DNA of 64,000 nt from Guillardia theta CCMP2712 (lineage: Eukaryota; Protista; Cryptophyta), in NCBI RefSeq assembly GCF_000315625.1, contig NW_005434627.1, positions 335,295 to 399,294 of the forward strand, given 5' to 3'. Positions 61,492 through 64,000 of the stretch are shown here, in pieces. Under the pieces are notes generated by a model that did no database searches, was not told the origin of the DNA, and saw only the letters and a list, made by a program, of their open reading frames with translations. Positions within the stretch are counted from its first letter, which is position 1. Each line of letters opens with the position of its first letter. A program made the translations under genes and the position numbers.

Positions 61492-63248
61492 TCAGGCTTC
61501 ACCACTTCGCTTCGCGCTTCCCGACAGTGAGTTGATCGACCGGAGCATCTGGGACACGAATCCTCCTTTCTCCTCATGGTCTGACGTCCGCAAGGGAGCC
61601 CCCGCCTCGGTGTCTTCGTCTGTATCCATCGTGTACTCTAGCGGGGAGATACTCCCGGTCGCACAGCTCAATGCCTCCATGACTGGTGGGCCTGAGCCTC
61701 CCTGGAGGGAAGTGAGTGTCGAGCAAGCAGAGGATGGAGAGGAGAGGGAGGAAGAGCATGGGAATATGATCGACCTTAAATGTAGAAACAGGAGGAATGA
61801 CAGAGCTCTGCTCTTTCATGGCCGCCTGCTGCAAAATCCTCTTTGAGCCATGAAGAGCGAACCAACTCCAAACACACCTGAGCAGCTTCTGCCTGCTCTT
61901 TCCACCCTTGAATCTGTCCTCTCAGCTGATGGTTCTATTTCGCCAATAAGGGAACAATTTTGACCATCTCTCAAGATACCTTGATAAGGTTCTTGTGGCT
62001 GAGAACCTCCTTCGTCACCTGTGAGGCATCGTCATGCTCCAACGGGCGACTCGTGCGGGGAACGAACGGGGCTCAGGTTGCTAGTCTTGAGCCACTTAGC
62101 GATGGCTGAGTGTTCGTATGAGAACCCATCGGCTGCAAACACCTTATGGCGGGTCAGCAGCTGCAAACGACTCTTGAGAAGCATCACCGGATCCTCCATG
62201 ACGTTCCCCGAAATCGGACAGCGGATGCTCTGTTCAACGAGCGCTGCAGGACTGGCGGTCACGATCGAAGAGATAGAAGCCGATGTTGAGGAGATCATCG
62301 GCAGTTTGCGGTACCTCTCACTTTGACGATTTGATCCTGAAGTCTAATGACTTCCTCCCTTAGGTCATCTTCAATCGCCCCCGTGTCCTCCACCATCTCG
62401 AGTAGCCTCGATATCGTGGCTTCCAGAGATCGTCAGCCTATGCCACGGCACATACAGCAAAAAAATCATACCGGTGCGCTGTTTGTCACAAGATTCGTAA
62501 ACTGCCTCAACCACGGCGGAGTCCACAATTCCAAACAACTATGGAATGTCAACGGGGAAGACTTGCTTGTCACTCAGCACCTTGCATAGTTCTGCCAGTT
62601 CTTTGGTCTCCCTAGACCGAATTTCTTTCTGGCGGAGAGCCTCTTCCTGCCTAATCATCGATTAGCTCTCTATGAGCCATTTCACCACCTGAATGAATAC
62701 CTTGCCCGGCACTTTAAAGCTTCTTCAGTGCCAGGTAACACCTGTTGCACAGTCAGACTCCAACCAGATCATTGATGAGGCATTCGTCTTGAATGTTGAC
62801 AGAACAAAGCGCTTACTTGTTCCATGGAGCACCTCGGGCAACGAAACCTTCCCACATTCCCAGGTATAGTCATTAGAAAATCGCAAGCTGAAGAAAACGA
62901 TCTCGTGAGTTTTGACATCAGCTTCCAACTTCAGAAGACCAGTGTTTCCGCATCTCACGGCCATCGGTCCTGATCTTGCTTGAGAGTGACCCGGTCTTGC
63001 AAGCTGCACATTGCACCTGCAAACACACCAACTCTCACGGAAGCGCTGCGCAAGCCACAGCAAAGGAACCTGGGACAAGAGAACTGATTGACGTTCTCTG
63101 GCAAGCACATGAGTGTCCCACATTCTACTCGGCCACATCGTATGAAGGTATGTGCTGTCTGACATTGCGGGCAAACAGGTCTGAACACTCGACTGCTAAC
63201 TTTGATGATCGTGCCGCACGAACCGCACTGTAACCTGCGCTTCGGCAT
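61492..63248 (-). CDS. U-box E3 ligase-like protein with N-terminal LSD1-like zinc fingers (multi-exon)
   Basis: N-terminal CGSCGTIIKVSSRVFRPVCPQC and CGRVECGTLMCLPENVNQFSCP. U-box IRCPISGNVMEDPV|FAADGFSYEHSAIAKWLKTSNLSP|VTKEVLSHKNLI. Confidence 0.82.
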
Positions 63249-64000
63249 CCTGACAATCGAATCTAGGAGCTGATAGACTCAATCCTCGCACACAGTACAG
63301 AAATCAGATTTTCCAGGTCGATTCTTCCAAGCCTTCACGGTCTTTCGATGCACAGTTGATCCTGATCAAAACATTCAATTGTGAGCAAACAAAAATTGAC
63401 AAGAATTTCACTAGGAAAAGGTGTACAACGATATGAAATCAAATCACTGCGTTACTACTCATGGCATCTAACTCTGATGTTTCAATGTTTCGATTCCGAG
63501 ACACAAACATCGGCCTGACCGACTCAACCCATCCAACATCGAAGGAAACGTAAGCAAGCAGGAACTGTATGATACAATTAAATGTAGCTACGATCAGAAG
63601 TGATTTCAGCTTTCCCAATGGTCTATTTTGTGAATCTTTGCGAAATACCCTGAGCGCTGGGGTTTGGTAATGCCATTTACACAAACTACATTTTCAACCT
63701 TGCTGCTACGACACACGGACCGTTTAGATCATGATCAGAAGTCACAAGAGCACTCTTCTTCACCTCTTCTCCTTCTACATGCATCACATCTTCTCAGCTC
63801 TACCATGTCTGCGCCACATCTTTCATCCTTCATGGTTGTCTTCCTCGCCCTGCATTCCCCCTCTCCTTGTCGGGTTCCCCTGTGGCATCTCCAGCATCAA
63901 CCCCCCGGAACTAACTACTTTTTTCCTAGAGGGGTACCTCTACTGTGCCCCAAGACACTATATTTGGTGGAAATCGAAATATTTCAAAATTTCGTGAAAT

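Overview
Eukaryotic nuclear DNA with densely packed genes broken by many ~50-nt GT-AG introns. This style suggests a cryptophyte alga such as Guillardia theta, which is an inference and not established from the sequence. The first ~36 kb is gene-rich: a large secreted TSP1/EGF/Cys-rich/LamG-like/C-type-lectin mosaic protein, a Nup58-like FG nucleoporin, tRNA-Arg(ACG), a MacroD-type macrodomain protein, an APC amino-acid/polyamine permease, an SppA (S49) protease with large insertions, an intronless glutamate 5-kinase, and several hypotheticals. The ~36.8-56.6 kb segment is accessory and TE-rich: a near-intact Ty3/gypsy chromovirus (45325-51862), a diverged LTR relic, an 86-bp mini-LTR with a 5-bp TSD, an RLE-type LINE fragment, a Myb/SANT-like gene, and a cluster of paralogous intronless micro-ORFs I do not recognise. 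PH-domain, ARM-repeat and zinc-finger/U-box genes end the window. The two strongest novelty candidates are (i) recurring non-coding GC-rich islands packed with short palindromes that share a TTAACTTAACTTTGAGTAA-type word, and (ii) the micro-ORF family interleaved with LTR pieces. Multi-exon gene boundaries were inferred by eye and are approximate.
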